DNA of 64,000 nucleotides from Octopus vulgaris (Eukaryota): NCBI GenBank assembly GCA_951406725.2, contig OX597838.1, positions 11,470,001 to 11,534,000 of the forward strand, read 5' to 3'. Shown piece by piece: positions 62,101 to 64,000 of this stretch (position 1 is its first letter; each line of letters starts with the position of its first letter). The notes under the pieces were generated by a model. It saw only the letters and a program-made list of their open reading frames with translations, ran no database searches and was not told where the DNA came from. The position numbers and the translations under genes were made by a program.

Positions 62101-63320
62101 TGCGTAACTGGTACTTAATTTATCGACCCCGAAAGGACGAAAGGCAAAGTCGACCTCGGTGGAATTTGAACTCAGAACGTAAGGACAGACGAAATACCTA
62201 TTTCTTTACTACCCACAAGGGGCTAAACACAGAGAGGACAAACAAAGACAGACAAAGGGATTAAGTCGATTATGTCGACCCCAGTGCGTAACTGGTACTT
62301 AATTTATCGACCCCGAAAGGATGAAAGGCAAATTCGACCTCGGCGGAATTTGAACTCAGAACGTAAAGACAGACGAAATACCTATTTCTTTACTACCCAC
62401 AAGGGGCTAAACACAGAGAGGACAAACAAAGACAGACAAAGGGATTACGTCGATTATGTCGACCCCAGTGCGTAACTGGTACTTAATTTATCGACCCCGA
62501 AAGGATGAAAGGCAAATTCGACCTCGGCGGAATTTGAACTCAGAACGTAACGACAGACGAACTACGGCTACGCATTTCACCCGGGGTGCTAACGTTTCTA
62601 CCAGTTCGCCGTCCTTCAGTTATATATTTATAGGCGCAGGAGTGGCTGTGTGGTAAGTAGCTTGCTAACCAACCACATGGTTCTGGGTTCAGTCCCACTG
62701 CGTGGCATCTTGGGCAAGTGTCTTCTGCTATAGCCCCGGGCCGACCAATGCCTTGTGAGTGGATTTGGTAGACGGAAACTGAAAGAAGCCTGTCGTATAT
62801 ATGTATATATATATTTATATAAGTGTGTGTGTGTGTGTGTTTGTGTGTCTGTGTTTGTCCCCCTAGCATTGCTTGACAAACGATGCTGGTGTGTTTACGT
62901 CCCCGTCACTTAGCGGTTCGGCAAAAGAGACCGATAGAATAAGTACTGGGCTTACAAAAAGAATAAGTCCCGGGGTCGAGTTGCTCGATTAAAGGAGGTG
63001 CTCCAGCATGGCCGCAGTCAAATGACTGAAACAAGTAAAAGAATAAAAGAATAAAAGAAAAGAATCTACCAACTTCTTATGCTAAATTCACGGGCACATA
63101 ATGTATTCTGTAATCAAATAAGAACTGTTACATGTTAGCAATAAGAAAGGTACTTACAGGCAATGTGCAGCTGTGAGTACATGGGTGGCATCAATAAGGG
63201 TACCTCCGCATGTAACATAGGATCTGCTTCTTGGCTGGTTGTAAATTTTTAAGTGGACAATTGACGGGAATTCGCATAACCCAGCTGCTGAGCCAGCAAC
63301 AATTTGTTCATTTGGTGGAG
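55430..63320 (-). CDS. S1A serine peptidase, chymotrypsin-like; 5 exons visible, signal-peptide exon not found
   Basis: Exons (minus): 63320-63158 PPNEQ/IVAGSAAGLCEFPSIVHL...CGGTLIDATHVLTAAHCL; 61213-61086 DGPVKKISVNIG...KHAGYLLSEYVIK; 58423-58289 NDIAVVRLS...CIAAGWGDLGW; 56443-56298 QQKSPNKLQKVALP...LCAGDFKKGGPSTCQ; 55582-55430 GDSGGPLYC...LAGVTSFGDNC...FREWIKNNL*. His/Asp/Ser triad intact and phases consistent. Confidence 0.93.
56780..57391 (-). mobile_element. Penelope-like element N-terminal ORF fragment (copy 2)
   Basis: Direct repeat of 54633-55205. Confidence 0.65.
58130..58270. mobile_element. Tc1/mariner-type MITE
   Basis: TIR AGGTTGTCCCAAAAGTT / AACTTTTGGGACAACCT with TA flanks. 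Confidence 0.7.
58635..58679 (-). ncRNA. Minimal hammerhead-like motif (CUGAUGC variant)
   Basis: Minus: GGACCA-CTGATGC-G-GTCAC(AGGAGT)GTGAC-GAAA-GAAC-TC-TGGCC. Confidence 0.5.
60320..60650 (+). mobile_element. Penelope-like RT fragment
   Basis: YEKLPVDPNPNY...RAPVF*GLLKINKMFEKFPPMHPICSG...TAKISERLDGFL (cf. FYGLPKIHK..P.RPIVS....T..IS..LD). Confidence 0.7.
61876..62590 (-). repeat. Head-to-tail array of a 184-bp SINE body (about 3.7 units plus head)
   Basis: Junction GAAATACCTATTTC recurs at 62007, 62191 and 62375 (period 184). Confidence 0.93.
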
Positions 63321-63443
63321 CTATTTTAATAGAAGAAAATGAAATAAAATAAAATAAAATAAAATAAAAGTATATATAAAAAATATATTTTAAAAATTAA
63401 CTGGAATATCTTCTCACCATGTAAAACATAGTTTATAGATGCA

Positions 63444-63490
<47 letters not shown>

Positions 63491-64000
63491 GTAAGTATAT
63501 TATGTATGTACACACACACTCGGGCCGACCAAAGCCTTGTGAGTGGATTTGGTAGACGGAAACTGAAAAGAAGCCCGTCGTATATATGTATATATATATA
63601 TATATATGTGTATGTGTGTCTGTGTTTGTCCCCCTAGCATTGCTTGACAACCGATGCTGGTGTGTTTATGTCCCCGTCACTTAGCGGTTCGGCAAAAGAG
63701 ACCGATAGAATAAGTACTGGGCTTACAAAAAGAATAAGTCCCGGGGTCGAGTTGCTCGATTAAAGGCGGTGCTCCAGCATGGCCGCAGTCAAATGACTGA
63801 AACAAGTAAAAGAGAAAGAGAAAGATACATACAAACACATTTATATGTATATATGTGTGTATCTATGCATGTTTCTGTATACGTATATATTTCTTTACTA
63901 CCCACAAGGGGCTAAACACAGAGAGGACAGACAAACGGGTTATGTCGATTGCATCGACCCCAGTGCGTAACTGGTACTTAATTTATCGACCCCGAAAGGA

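Noticed and set aside
63414-63445. Signal-peptide exon of the peptidase ending at a G|GTGAG donor near 63418
   Set aside because: The upstream sequence is (TG)n plus SINE with no hydrophobic leader; the true first exon is probably beyond the window.

Overview
AT-rich, microsatellite- and SINE-dense animal genomic DNA, most likely an octopod cephalopod (inferred from the repeat families and a salivary-type S1 peptidase). I assembled four protein genes by hand from splice signals. (1) TMEM107, minus strand, 4 coding exons, 140 aa, with a U12 minor-spliceosome last intron and an RFX X-box upstream. (2) An intronless RNF121/RNF175-family RING-H2 gene, minus strand, 409 aa. (3) PPIL2/Cyp60, plus strand, 20 exons, 520 aa, head-to-head with RNF121. 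(4) A 5'-incomplete chymotrypsin-like S1 peptidase, minus strand, 5 exons. The rest is SINEs, mariner, hAT, piggyBac-like and Helitron-like elements, LINE fragments and Penelope-like element (PLE) fragments. The strongest non-obvious signal is about ten minimal type-I hammerhead ribozyme motifs in short, mostly (TA)n-associated repeats. They show compensatory C3:G8, U3:A8 and G3:C8 core variants, long stem II inserts and palindromic stem III. One lies just 3' of a PLE ORF end and two sit in fold-back inverted repeats. Most ORF-track ORFs are artefacts of microsatellites or SINEs. All family assignments come from recalled motifs, not database searches.
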